From positions 1,922,001 through 1,986,000 of the forward strand of contig SMSO01000025.1 in assembly GCA_004764695.1 (NCBI GenBank): DNA of 64,000 nucleotides, given 5' to 3'. Shown here piece after piece: positions 10,451-21,922 of the stretch (position 1 is the first letter of the stretch; each line of letters begins with the position of its first letter). The position numbers were made by a program, and so were the translations under genes. The notes beneath the pieces were generated by a model. The model ran no database searches. It saw nothing but the letters and a program-made list of their open reading frames with translations, and was not told where the DNA came from. The DNA is from Schizochytrium sp. TIO01 (lineage: Eukaryota; Protista; Bigyra: Labyrinthulomycetes).

Positions 10451-12505
10451 ATGCGACTCGTTCGACCACGGTCGCTGCCGTGGAGGCTGCTGCAATTGGC
10501 TTGTGCCATGGCAGCAGTTATGGCTGTGTCCGCTGACGCCGGCCAAGAGGCTTCTGACGAGGTGGTGGTGCTGCAGAGCTCCTTACAACAGTGCAGGGCG
10601 CTGGTCGGACCTCTGCGAGATGGCGCCAAGGCACTTGAGGCCAAGCTTAAGACATGCGGTGCCGACGTTAAGGAAAGCAAGCAAAAGTATGATGCTCTTC
10701 AAGAACAGGTCAAGCTTGACATGAACGAACTTGAAGATCTAAGATCGAGAGCACGTAAAGCGATGGACAGCTTTTCTGACAAGGAGACAGATGTGGCGAG
10801 ATTGGAGCGGGAACTGCGCGAATTGAAAAACAATAACACCAAGCTTGTGCAGTTGGGCAAGCATCAGCGTACGCAAAACAAGAAGTTGGCTGATGAACGT
10901 GATGAGGCACTGGCACTGTTGGAGTACGAAAAGTCTACTGCCAAAGATACAGTTGTAGCCAAAGATGCTGCACTCGCTGAGATCGAATCTTTGAAGAAGC
11001 AGGTTAAGGAGCTCATGGAGTCTGACACCCACAAATCTAATGATAATATGCGCGAGGAGATTGAGGGACTCAAGAGCAAACTCGAAAACTCCAAATCGTC
11101 TTCAGAGGAAGTTCAGACCAAGTATACCTCCACTAAGAACGCTCTGGATGATGCACGAAAGGAGCTTAAGAAGAAGTCATCCGAACTGGACTCAACGAAG
11201 ACCCGTCTTGACGAGATCAGTGCTAAGCTCACCTCAGTACAGAGCGCAAAGGATCGCCTCGATGTTGAGCTAGACGAAAAGAAGGCATTACTGGAGAAAA
11301 CAAAGAGTGATCTTGAGACTGTCGCGAGCGAGAAATCCGATGCTGAAGATCGCGCCAGCGAGCTAGCCAAGAAGCAAGCTGCTGCAGCTGAGGAGTCTGA
11401 GCGCCTCAAGGGCGAGTTCCTTAAGTACAAGGAAAAGGTGGATGATCCTGCGCTTGTGGACTACTTTGTAAAGAAGGCAGAGTGGCTCAAGAACCCTAAG
11501 GTCTCGGGCGTGGATCGTGCGTACGAGAAGACCATGAAACTTCTTGGACCTAAACTTGAGCCCACTCAAGAAGCTATTTTAGAGATGCAATCTATGCTTC
11601 AAGCCTCGCGTGAAAAGCTGTCAAGTGCTGTTGGCGAGACCGAGGACTCTCCAATTCTTAGCGGAATGCTTACCTACGGCATTCTTGTTATTCCCTTTGG
11701 CATTAGCATGTGTCTGCTGGTACGTCTTAAGCGTTGCATCTCACTCACGAAGGCCACTATGTTCATGAGTATGTACAACCTTATCTTTTCTGGACTCGTC
11801 TTTGCGACCTCATTTTTTATTGAAGGTGAGGAGCCTATGGCTACTTTCCGTGAGCAGAACGAGCAGGCCTTTGAGTCCCTGCAAATTATGCTGCCCATCT
11901 ACTATGCGTTTTACATGATCTTTGTGGTACTTCTCTTTCTCAAACTGCAAGTGATCATGCGTTGCCGCTGCTCTTTACGTGTTCCCTTGGTGCTTGTTAT
12001 TCCCATTGGTGTAATGATTCACTACTACCGCTCAGCATGGGTGTATGCCATGCACGATAAGCCGCCTCAGCTCGAATCTGTTGCTTGGGCTGCCTACGCT
12101 GGTGCATTCTTGGTACACTTTGGCCTTATCACCTGCTGCGCCCCATCAAACTCTAGCAAGGCCAGCGACGAAGAGGATATGACGTTGCCGCTCGTTTCCA
12201 AGAGCAAGCGTGCACATGGTCACCTTGTTGCGGAGGCGCAAGAGTCGAAGGATGGACACATTATCAATGTTTCGGCAGATGTCATGAGTCCCGAAGAGGT
12301 GAGTGAGTCTCTTACTGAGGGCGCCGAGGCTGTGCGCGATAAGGCCAGTGCAATTGCAGAGTCTTTTAAGACTGGTAAGTCTGTGAAAGAGATTGAAACT
12401 GAGCAGCGGAAGTCAAAGAAAAAGTCTTCTTCTACCTCCAAAAAGAAGAAGAAGAAGGCCGAGACCAGTGACATCGAGTCATTGGAGGGCAGCAAGGTTG
12501 ATTAA
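10451..12505 (+). CDS. Uncharacterised protein: signal peptide, long coiled coil, about 5 TM helices, Lys-rich tail
   Basis: 684-aa ORF with strong codon bias. Hydrophobic leader (LLQLACAMAAVMAVSA), heptad-rich K/E region at aa about 40-390, several hydrophobic helices at aa about 400-565. Confidence 0.85.
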   Translation: MRLVRPRSLPWRLLQLACAMAAVMAVSADAGQEASDEVVVLQSSLQQCRALVGPLRDGAKALEAKLKTCGADVKESKQKYDALQEQVKLDMNELEDLRSRARKAMDSFSDKETDVARLERELRELKNNNTKLVQLGKHQRTQNKKLADERDEALALLEYEKSTAKDTVVAKDAALAEIESLKKQVKELMESDTHKSNDNMREEIEGLKSKLENSKSSSEEVQTKYTSTKNALDDARKELKKKSSELDSTKTRLDEISAKLTSVQSAKDRLDVELDEKKALLEKTKSDLETVASEKSDAEDRASELAKKQAAAAEESERLKGEFLKYKEKVDDPALVDYFVKKAEWLKNPKVSGVDRAYEKTMKLLGPKLEPTQEAILEMQSMLQASREKLSSAVGETEDSPILSGMLTYGILVIPFGISMCLLVRLKRCISLTKATMFMSMYNLIFSGLVFATSFFIEGEEPMATFREQNEQAFESLQIMLPIYYAFYMIFVVLLFLKLQVIMRCRCSLRVPLVLVIPIGVMIHYYRSAWVYAMHDKPPQLESVAWAAYAGAFLVHFGLITCCAPSNSSKASDEEDMTLPLVSKSKRAHGHLVAEAQESKDGHIINVSADVMSPEEVSESLTEGAEAVRDKASAIAESFKTGKSVKEIETEQRKSKKKSSSTSKKKKKKAETSDIESLEGSKVD

Positions 12506-14074
12506 ATCAAATACACAGTGAGCAAGTAGCAAGCTTAGTTTTGCCCTTACTTTGAACTGCGCGTTTATTCACCCCCGACACAAAACTCTAGCTCTGTATC
12601 CAGCGTCACCCCTGTTGAGATTGCAGAGACTCTTGTTATTAGCTAAATCAGTCGATGTTATTTTGGAAAATAATCTAGTCTTTGCATTTCTCTCGCCATC
12701 TTATCACCTTTTCTAATATGACAACCCCCACCCCAGCTGACGCAGTCTGGTTTTCCAACAGGGACCGGGCTTGTTGCAAATGCGGGTTTCTCAACCGGTC
12801 CTTTACTTGTTAGTGAGTAGAAAATGTAAACGAATAAGGTCTTCTCGGAGCCACTAGATCAGGTACGTACCCCTTAGCAGGTAGTAGGACCCTCACGGAT
12901 AATGAATGAATAAGTAAGAGCTGCCAACGTGCAATGTGCCTCTCGACTCCCAAGAGTTCATTCAGCAGCGGCAAGTGCCTCTGTACACTACTGAGGGGTC
13001 CGCCGCCCAGGTCGGTAGCTCCAAGTCGAAGCAGACGGCGGAGGGGCTCAGCCGCTGGGCAATCTCGAAACCCAAGCGCCGAAGAAGCCCGAAAAGAACT
13101 CGAGAAGCGATGGAGTCTGCTTCTCCAAGAGCACCGGAAATGCCTGATTAAGCGGGCTCAGAAAACGAAAGAAAGATACGCCTATTTGTGTTTTTCTAGC
13201 GATAGGGCGCCTCTTATCCGAAACGGTAGGAGTGCGCTGTTATTAGCTGCGCTCTCTGCAAAAGTGGCTTCCTTCGACTAAGATTGACGCGTATTTGTGG
13301 GTTCTCAGGCCCGTGGCAGGAACCCTTATCGACCGCAAATGCTGCTGCCTTTGAGGCTGCGGTGTCAGGGATTGCGGAGGGAGCGGAAACAAACGTCTTG
13401 GACCTCCAAGGTAGAAACTGGAGGCAGCTTCGCTTCGAGTTTACTTGAAGCAGATCGAAGGCGCACTTGCTTGGGCTTCTGGGTAAACTCAAGTACGGCC
13501 AGAGGTACTACATGAAGCGCTAGAAGGCCCTAAGGAGCTGAGAGGAATTTGCTTTTTTGTTTATTGTGTTTTTATTGTGATGATGATATAATAATGAAAT
13601 AGGGAACTTTGAATGAATGAACGAATGAATGAATGAATGAATGAATAGACTGTTTTTGCAATGGAATAATTTGCAGTTGGCTTTGCGAAGGAGTGGAGGA
13701 GGGTTCCGAGGCCCGTGGCGGCGCGTTCGTGACCTGAAAAGTCAAAGCTGGAGTGAAATAGTCACCAAAGTGAGTATTTGCCGCGATGGAACCGCCCATT
13801 CGTTCACTCATCAAATAATAGTCAGTGAGATGGTGACGTGAACGATCGCATAATCAATCTCTGCGCATCAAACAATTACCTCCTAGGCACTGCTACTGCC
13901 CTACTACGCATTACTCTCCCTTTGGTTTAGTCCTCCTTTCCTTTTGTTTTCTTTTCTTTCTTTTCAATGAAAAGAGTACCTAACTAAGTATATCTCAAGT
14001 TATTCGTTCTAACTTTAAAGAGAGAAATGACTCGAGGGTACTAGTACCTCTTCTTCTTCTTTTAATTAAAAAAA

Positions 14075-14077
<3 letters not shown>

Positions 14078-14114
<37 letters not shown>
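14078..14114. repeat. (TA)n microsatellite
   Basis: Perfect TA run directly visible. Confidence 0.95.
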
Positions 14115-14117
<3 letters not shown>

Positions 14118-15859
14118 AATTGGAAACAATAAGTTAAAGAGGTATTATACGTATATGACGATGATACTTATTTTATTTTAGGGAAAGAAAGAAAGAACTT
14201 GAAGAAAATACTACTTTTTGTCCGTAAAAAGAAATAAAAAGAGATTTCTTCGCGGGTCTCGGGGATACATTGGGGTGTATTTAATACGTGAACTTACGCC
14301 GACAAACAGAGATTAGAATGTAAAATTTAAACTTTGAAGAGAACAGATTTGTTAACTAACCCCCAGTTAGTAGTGCCGAGCCGATTGGCAGACCTGGATC
14401 GCGACTCTGGAGACCGCGTATCAATTAGGATAGCTAAGTTTATAAGTAAAAAGCACGAATTGATCTGACCATTTGCGACTTTGGGCTGATCTGTGGCAGC
14501 AAACCCCAAAGCATATTTGAGACTCACCTGCTCTTCGAACGTCTTACACGCCTCATATCGCTTTGTTGCCGCATAGCTCTGCGTATTGCGTAATCGAGAG
14601 CCTTTCGGGACGAAGGAGCGAAGGAGTTGAAGCAAGCATCTGCGATCCTTGTTTCTCTGGCCATCGATCGATCCTCTGGGCACTGCAGAACCTCTTGCCC
14701 GCCAGAACCTGCACTGGACGCTCAGCCTAGGAACAGCCCCGTTCCCACGCTGCTTTGAAACGAAATCAAAGAAGTTGACACGCTGCCGAGCAAGCAGCAC
14801 CTGGAGACTGTGGAAAGGCTAATTTTCAGAAATCGAAAATAGCAGCAGAACAACTATATTTCAATTGAGCCTCTCCAGGAGCAACAAGAAGGCTAACTTT
14901 GCCACCACAGCCAAGATAACAGCTGCCATCGGACTCGCAGAAGCCTCATCAGTGAGCATCAGGATCGAGCCTTCTTCAGAATAAGCAAGCACCGCTCGCT
15001 GGCATTCGAATTGCCCCTCTGATATCTACTGATTGATTCTCTATCTTGTCGTGAGCTAAGAGAGAACCGGTGCTCACCTTACTGGTAGATCTCAGTAGTA
15101 GTACCAGTAGCTCTGCAGAAACGTCCTTACTGCAAAGCCATTCTCTCTGACATCTTTGCAAACTCGCGTAGATCAGGCATTTAGCGAGGAAACGTAAACA
15201 CAATCGCAAGTTACTAGCCGAGTGAACAACCATCCACGTTTGAGTGTGCGCATAAGGTCAGGCAGGCTCTGTGGTGTACTGCGCACTGGATCGAAAGAAA
15301 TAAAGAAGGAAAAAAGAAGAAAAGAAAAGAAAAAAAAAACACCGTCGAAAAGAGGTAATAAATCCGCTTGGTAGTAGGTACAGTGAGTGTGATTGTAATT
15401 CAAGAGTAACTAATTTATCCCAAGAGCTCACGGATCTTCGTGTTGGGCTTATTGCTGCTAAATTTACTCGTGCTCGCGAAGCAGTCTTTTGGGAGAAGAA
15501 CGAGCGCGGAATTGGCTCCGTGCGGCATTGGGCAGCTTTCATTTGCTTTGTTTTTCGTAGAGCCGGCAATAAATAGAGGTCAAGCAGGCTAGAGCCGGAG
15601 AGAACGGGGAGGCAGGTCCCAAAGCTGGAGAAGAAAGTAGTTTTTTTTTTGAAGCACCCGCGCGAGAAAAAGAAAGAAAGAAAGAAAGAAACGATCGTCC
15701 GGGACCCAACTGAGGAAAAATAAGAGCGAAAAAGGCACAGTTCTCTTCCTTTCTGCTTGACATTCATTTGCGAGGCACAAGAAGGACACCTAAAACTAGG
15801 AGGTACAATTTCTGTCTGGCATATCCTCAACACGACGCCACCAGCGCAGCATCTACAAT

Positions 15860-18481
15860 ATGCAGACAGCCACGACTGGCACAAAGGCGCCGGCGACGAT
15901 GTTTGCCGCCGGCAACAAGACCAACTATTTTACTACTAAAGGCTCCAAAAGCAGCGGCTCAATGTGGAGTCGGGTTGCCTCAAGCATCCTCCGCTCTGGA
16001 GAGCGCCATCGAGTGACCTTTATGACGGCGTTTCGTGCTGGCCTTGTGGAGCCCAAATTTTTTAGCTTGCCTAACACCGTTGCTGAAGATACAGTCATCA
16101 GTTTCTTAAGTCTACATGATGCCATGATGGTTCGTGTCGCTTCAACACAGCTTCGGGATTTTGTGGAATCCTCATTGGCTCGACGCAACATGGTTGATTT
16201 CGAACAAGTTGGCATCAGCGATGAAGGATTTCAACTCATCTTCAGTCTGAGTACGCACGCTAAGGCTCTTGTCCTTTCCGGAAATCTTCAGTTATCCTAT
16301 GGAATTGCAAACGCTCACCTTGCAAAGAACTTTAAACAGCTACTTGAGATCCATGTTACAGAATGTCCTGGTCTGAAGGCTACAGTATCAATGCCTGAGA
16401 CACCCGGACTGCCACCCATGGCTCAAATTTTTTCTCTGTGCAGTCAACTTCAAGTTGTGGAGTGTGACGCTCTCTGTGACAAAGCTCTCGGAGTACTTGC
16501 AAACCAATGTGGACACTCTCTGAGGGAATTATCGTGCCGAGAATCCGGTCACCATGTCACTGGGGTCGGCATTCTTGAGCTCGTTCAAAAGAGTCCTCAC
16601 TTGCGTGCTTTGGACATTGCATGGTGCGGGCTCGGGGATGAGCATCTTCAGACTATTGCAAATGTTTCCTCTGTGCGCGAGCGTTTAGAGAAACTTGACA
16701 TTTCCGGTTGTTGTGATGTGCGCAAACCCACCCATCAACACAGAGCATTCTGGCTTACTGAGGAAGGAGTTGCGCTTGCTATCTTGCGCATGCATGCACT
16801 TCGCGAATTTGCTTGCAATGGACTTTTTCCCGAGGGCCCACTATTTCAAACCTTGGCAGACCATCGTGGTTTCCCTGTTGACGCTGACCCCCAAGCACCA
16901 CGTGCGGGCATGCGTCTCGTTCGTTCTACGTTCACAGCTTTGCGATTAGGCGATTGTCCTCGCCTTCAATCGCATGAAGCTTTAAGATCCTTTGCTCGTG
17001 CAGTGGGACCAAACCTGCGCTCACTGGAACTTAAAGGATGCAAAGAGATCTCTGATATTGGTGGTCTCTGCGAGCTTGTCAAAGCATGCCCACAACTTGA
17101 GGAGCTTTGCATGTGTGGCTGCGAAGGTGTATCAAATGTACTGATGCAAACTCTGGCATCTTCCTGCCCTGGTTTGCGTAAAGTCGTTTTGCGTCGTGCA
17201 GAGCACATTAGCGATGTGGGTGTCGCTTCTCTAGTGCGTGGGTGCCCACAATTAACATATCTCGATCTCTCAGGGTGCCATGGCATTACAAATGCAACGC
17301 TCTTTCACCTTACTCATTGTAAAAACCTTGAAACGCTTCTCTTGTATTGCTGCAGCGCAATTACAGATTACGGTGTTCTGCAGGTCCTCGGTATCAAGGC
17401 TCCAACGATGTGCGGGGACGATGCAGAAGCTGGGGAGGAGGAGGCCCGGTCTGAAGCAGCCACAGCAGCAGCGACATTCTCATTGCTAACTGATAAATCT
17501 GCGGTTATCGGCCCAGTAGCATGGCCGCAATTAAAGCACTTAGATCTGAGTTGGTGCTTTCATGTTTCTGTGCCTTGCTTCATTGCCGTTGTACAAAGAC
17601 TCAAAGCACTCCGTCGCCTTTCGCTGGAGGGATTTGATCATTTTACGACGGAAGATGTTGCTCGTATTCGCTGCTTCGGTCCCCGGGTGAAGATTGAAGC
17701 TACGCACCATGAAGACGACGACATAGAACGTCATATACAGCATCTTCATCGCTTAAACATGGTGGATGAAAAACGTATGCGTGAGTTGCGTATCCTTCGT
17801 GAAAAGCAAGACCTCAACTCCTTGCGACAGACGTTGCCGCAGCTTGCTCTTAATCAAAAGGGAGGCCGCAAGAGTATGAGGCGCAAAGGGTCTGGGCCTG
17901 GTGATTATCCTCACCATATACTGCTAACGCAGCCTGCTCCTTCAGGCAGACGTCTTCGCGGACTTTCACTGCCAACTGCTGCAAGCTTTCTCGCCAGCAA
18001 TCAGGAAACTCCATCCTCCCCAAGTCATTCGCCCCGTTATGAGTACAATCCGGAAGAACATGACTTTCCTAGAGTCACATCATCTCCGCGCTCGCCTGAG
18101 GAAATGACCCTTGTGCGCCGTGTCTCTCTGGAAGATCTCGAAGCAATCGAATTTGGTACATCTCTAAGCTCGCTACCTGCAGATGACATCCTCATGGGTT
18201 CGTCAGCCCTTCAAGATTCCATGCAGGATGGCTCTTCTGAGCACCAGGTAATGGGCCGCCCTCGTGCATACTCTGAAGCACTTACGGGTACATCAAATTG
18301 TTCAGATAATACCATCATGGCAACAAAGTCAGACTCCTTCACTACAATTTTGAGAAAAACCTCATTCAGTGAGAAGACAAATAAATATTGTGGCTCTTCC
18401 TCAGAACTGATGTACCGCCGCCGCTTTGGAGATGATAAGCAGGATATCTCTCGTTTGGAAGCATTTTCAGCTGCTAAGTGA
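15860..18481 (+). CDS. F-box/LRR (FBXL-like, cysteine-containing LRR) protein
   Basis: F-box-like FFSLPNTVAEDTVISFLSLHDAMMVRVAST, followed by CC-type LRRs (CPQLTYLDLSGCHGITN, CKNLETLLLYCCSAITDYGV, LKHLDLSWC). Disordered Ser/Pro-rich tail. The start codon is uncertain. Confidence 0.85.
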   Translation: MQTATTGTKAPATMFAAGNKTNYFTTKGSKSSGSMWSRVASSILRSGERHRVTFMTAFRAGLVEPKFFSLPNTVAEDTVISFLSLHDAMMVRVASTQLRDFVESSLARRNMVDFEQVGISDEGFQLIFSLSTHAKALVLSGNLQLSYGIANAHLAKNFKQLLEIHVTECPGLKATVSMPETPGLPPMAQIFSLCSQLQVVECDALCDKALGVLANQCGHSLRELSCRESGHHVTGVGILELVQKSPHLRALDIAWCGLGDEHLQTIANVSSVRERLEKLDISGCCDVRKPTHQHRAFWLTEEGVALAILRMHALREFACNGLFPEGPLFQTLADHRGFPVDADPQAPRAGMRLVRSTFTALRLGDCPRLQSHEALRSFARAVGPNLRSLELKGCKEISDIGGLCELVKACPQLEELCMCGCEGVSNVLMQTLASSCPGLRKVVLRRAEHISDVGVASLVRGCPQLTYLDLSGCHGITNATLFHLTHCKNLETLLLYCCSAITDYGVLQVLGIKAPTMCGDDAEAGEEEARSEAATAAATFSLLTDKSAVIGPVAWPQLKHLDLSWCFHVSVPCFIAVVQRLKALRRLSLEGFDHFTTEDVARIRCFGPRVKIEATHHEDDDIERHIQHLHRLNMVDEKRMRELRILREKQDLNSLRQTLPQLALNQKGGRKSMRRKGSGPGDYPHHILLTQPAPSGRRLRGLSLPTAASFLASNQETPSSPSHSPRYEYNPEEHDFPRVTSSPRSPEEMTLVRRVSLEDLEAIEFGTSLSSLPADDILMGSSALQDSMQDGSSEHQVMGRPRAYSEALTGTSNCSDNTIMATKSDSFTTILRKTSFSEKTNKYCGSSSELMYRRRFGDDKQDISRLEAFSAAK

Positions 18482-18916
18482 TAACATTTACATTCACTTC
18501 CAAAGGCTTGAGCTTGAATATTTTCTCGTTGTATCTACATAATAAAATGGCTCGTATATACATAATATTATAGGCAGACCTCACTTACATGCGTGAGGGC
18601 GCCAAGTACCATACTATGGTATACAACAATTTGCTCAAATCATTGAGCATGATTTGATGCTAATAGTACATAATAAATTATTTCATTATTTTTCCCTTTA
18701 TCAAGAAACTCTTTGAGGTAACAGAGGCCCCTTGCATTCTTTTTCTCCTTCTAATTAAGATTTACTCAAGAGGAAGAGGGTTCAAAATATGTGACGTTCA
18801 AAAAAAAAGAAATACTAGTGCAGGGGATCAGTCATATTCCAAAACTTTTCTGTTTAATATTTGCAAATTTATCATGAGCGAGCATTTCTAGAAGCCGCTT
18901 TAATTTTCGGGACGGT

Positions 18917-21900
18917 TTAAGGTTTTGCAGGGTCCTGATTGGATAGTGTTGAGTTCAATGGATCTCGGAACGGGGCAATTTTACGAGATCCATATGGAAC
19001 ACTGTTCGATCGATTGACTCTGCCATCACGTGATCCACCTGTAGGCGACGCCACAGAAACGTAAGAATTATTTTTGAACGAAGACGGCTTGTCTGGATGC
19101 TCTGCAATATCAAACTTTTGGAGTAGGTAATTTTGTACTGCCCCTAAACTATGAAACGTTTCGGACGTGTACATGTGTAATTTGATTTCATTGTGCAAAA
19201 CATCTTCTTGCTTTTTTTGTGCCTGGAAAGATTCGAGCATCAGAGCCTGGAAAAGTGATAGAATTATGAACAAGACAACAAAGAGATAAATACTGAAAAG
19301 CAGATATCCAGTCGTCCCAGTTAGTAAGCTAGGAACAGAGGCTGTGTGAAAAGAACGCCACGGTGCACCTCCAAACATTGATCCGAATAGGGTCATGGAT
19401 GCTCGCATAGGACTTTGAAACTCTGGTGCAGCAGACTGCATTATTGCATATGTTGCCATTGAAAAAGCTATGAAATTTGTCACGAATACCAGTAATATCA
19501 CCTCGAGGTCCTTATTAACAGCACCCAATGTACGCATTAAGACATCAAACATATTGTACCGAGATCCACCAAGCTTGGACAGCAAGCTCACGCTGGTAAA
19601 GAACATTGAAAGAGTTAAACAGACTTGCGAGGCGTTGTCAGCATTGTATAAGAAAACCCATGTGTCATGGTCAGACACATTATTTCCAAGGGTTTGCCGA
19701 AGTGACCAGTCATTTCTACTTTCCCAAAGATCATCGAGGTATGAACGGACACGGCTATTATGCTCAAGCTGAAGACCAAGACCCACCAAACAGAGAACCA
19801 TACGCGTCATGACAATAGCCGCGCTTGTGGACTTCATATAGCGACTTCTGCGTTGCCATGTAAGTGCTAAAAAATCGATCACACAAAAAAGCAAGCTAGC
19901 CCAGGTAAAAGCACAAATTAACCCATGAGTCATGAGCTGAGCACTGGTGGTCCGAATGAAAACCTCATTTTCCAAGGGGCCCATATGCGCAATCGCACGA
20001 ACAACAGTGATTGTTGGAATAGACGAGAAGCTTGAGAGGAGATTGAGCTGAAGCATAAGTCTTACTGGAAGAAGAGCGGTTGCATCAACATTAGTAAGAT
20101 TCTGAAAAGTTTCTTGATTTATCGCTTGCATGGGTGAATCTGCGTAATCTTGTGCTTGCCAGTAAAGTGTATAACGTTTAGCATAGTCAAATGTTAAGCC
20201 TTGTTCATCTGATTGAGTGTCAATATAGCACGTAGTTTCATTCTCAATGTCTTCAACAACGCCAAGCCCATGTGAACTTGCTGCTCGAGCACGGAAAAAG
20301 CGTTCTGATGCTCTATCGCAGGATACGCGTTCTGGAGTAGACACTAGGAGCTGCGGGTAATCGGCTAAAGTGATGTGATGACCAAGCCACTCAAAGTTCG
20401 TACGAAATAGGTGGACTTCAATCCAATCGTGCAAGCTATCAATTGTGCATACATCGGAGAAGTTTCTTGCCTCAAAGGCATTCTGTATTCCGGTATTTAG
20501 AGGAAGACTAGTATGAGTACTTGAAATAACCTGTAGGGTAAGAGCTAGGGTCATGAGAATATGGGTAAGCTTAGAGAGCATTTTCATGGCACGTTTGAAT
20601 GGAGTAATTGATGAGTATGAGAGTTGGCTCGTTTTGCCTCCGAGCTGAGCTAGAAGCCGCAAGGCGCGCTGTTGAGTTTCTTGCTTCCGGATACTGCCTA
20701 CGAGATCAATTTTGGAAGTATTATCTAGCAAAATACGATCATAGATATTGCCTTGCTTTGTGACAGAACGCTGCAGACGAGGATTTGGTCCCTTGACTCC
20801 CCTGGGGCTACCGGGGTTTTCTCTAGCTAGTTTTGTTGTAAATATTGGCTTCAACAAATCTTTGATCCTTACAATTGCGGAATCATCATCACAAATTGCA
20901 TCAATATCTTTTTGCTGTAGTCGATGATGAGCTGGTAACAGTGGCATTGCTGACAATGTCATTGTTGTTTCTAAAACAGGACTTGCAAAAATTGATGATC
21001 GTCGTCGGCCAGACCCGGCCACTATTTCAACTCTTTGCATGTTACGAAGACGCGAAAGAATATATCTTGCTTTTATGTCATGACAATCTTGCACGAGACT
21101 TTGCAAAATCTTAACACATTGACCCACTGTCAGATGGTCTATTCCTGGAGACCCTTTTACTAGGACAGAGTATTCCGCATTAAAACGTTCAATAAGATGC
21201 TCAAGAACGCGTCCACTTAAACATAAATTTCCGCAATATGCATCTTTATGCTGGCAAAGAACATCCCGTTGATCAACGAAACGGGTGCTACCAGAAACGT
21301 TATAAATATACCCTTCATCAAGAAGCTGCTGTGATATCTGAATGGCACGCTCCCGAGGATAAACATTATGAGCAGACATGCACCAGTCTACAAGTTCACT
21401 GGACCGAAAGCTCTGGCGCACGAGAGAGCCGAAGACGAGCCTATCTTTTAGCTTTGGGCCAGATATTTCATGCAATTGCCGACTTAGCAGCTCTAGGTCA
21501 GAAGGGAGTACTCGGAGATGGATTGCATAAGGGTGTGCTACACGAAAGTGTTCATTAGTTGCATTCGTGAATGGCTTGAAGCGGTGTGTAGCGTGTGAAA
21601 TAAGTCCCTGTTTCCACATTTCCTCACATATCAACATCGCCATCTCTTCAGTCGTATGGTGATTTCGGGCAATCCAGCGCACAAGATCACGAGCCACGAA
21701 ACATGCTTTTACAACATACTGTGCAATTTTGCGATCTGAGATCTCCACACCACCATTCTTCTGTATTCGTATGGCAAGGTTTTGGATTTCAAGTTGGACC
21801 TGATCTCTCTCGGCAAGCCTGAGCCTTAATCGAACCTCTTCTTCATTCCGTGCCTCAACGAAACAGCCACCATTTCTTGCTGCTGACCAAGCATCTTGGC

Positions 21901-21922
21901 ATACGCTACTAGCGTGCTTCAT
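18917..21922 (-). CDS. Polycystin-2/TRPP-like cation channel with N-terminal tandem DEP domains
   Basis: Two DEP-like repeats (CFVARDLVRWI...ICEEMWKQGLISH; SFRSSELVDWC...RERAIQISQQLLDEGYIYNV). Then TM1, a long loop starting FSDVCTIDSLHDWI, further TMs, a pore helix EFQSPMRASMTLFGSMFGG and an S6-like helix GYLLFSIYLFVVLFIILSLFQALMLESF. Confidence 0.8.
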   Translation of the reverse strand: MKHASSVCQDAWSAARNGGCFVEARNEEEVRLRLRLAERDQVQLEIQNLAIRIQKNGGVEISDRKIAQYVVKACFVARDLVRWIARNHHTTEEMAMLICEEMWKQGLISHATHRFKPFTNATNEHFRVAHPYAIHLRVLPSDLELLSRQLHEISGPKLKDRLVFGSLVRQSFRSSELVDWCMSAHNVYPRERAIQISQQLLDEGYIYNVSGSTRFVDQRDVLCQHKDAYCGNLCLSGRVLEHLIERFNAEYSVLVKGSPGIDHLTVGQCVKILQSLVQDCHDIKARYILSRLRNMQRVEIVAGSGRRRSSIFASPVLETTMTLSAMPLLPAHHRLQQKDIDAICDDDSAIVRIKDLLKPIFTTKLARENPGSPRGVKGPNPRLQRSVTKQGNIYDRILLDNTSKIDLVGSIRKQETQQRALRLLAQLGGKTSQLSYSSITPFKRAMKMLSKLTHILMTLALTLQVISSTHTSLPLNTGIQNAFEARNFSDVCTIDSLHDWIEVHLFRTNFEWLGHHITLADYPQLLVSTPERVSCDRASERFFRARAASSHGLGVVEDIENETTCYIDTQSDEQGLTFDYAKRYTLYWQAQDYADSPMQAINQETFQNLTNVDATALLPVRLMLQLNLLSSFSSIPTITVVRAIAHMGPLENEVFIRTTSAQLMTHGLICAFTWASLLFCVIDFLALTWQRRSRYMKSTSAAIVMTRMVLCLVGLGLQLEHNSRVRSYLDDLWESRNDWSLRQTLGNNVSDHDTWVFLYNADNASQVCLTLSMFFTSVSLLSKLGGSRYNMFDVLMRTLGAVNKDLEVILLVFVTNFIAFSMATYAIMQSAAPEFQSPMRASMTLFGSMFGGAPWRSFHTASVPSLLTGTTGYLLFSIYLFVVLFIILSLFQALMLESFQAQKKQEDVLHNEIKLHMYTSETFHSLGAVQNYLLQKFDIAEHPDKPSSFKNNSYVSVASPTGGSRDGRVNRSNSVPYGSRKIAPFRDPLNSTLSNQDPAKP

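Noticed and set aside
12934-15233. Short ORFs and coding-like stretches between the coiled-coil gene and the F-box gene
   Set aside because: No recognisable motif or consistent splice model, and multiple stops in all frames. They may be decayed sequence but cannot be supported.
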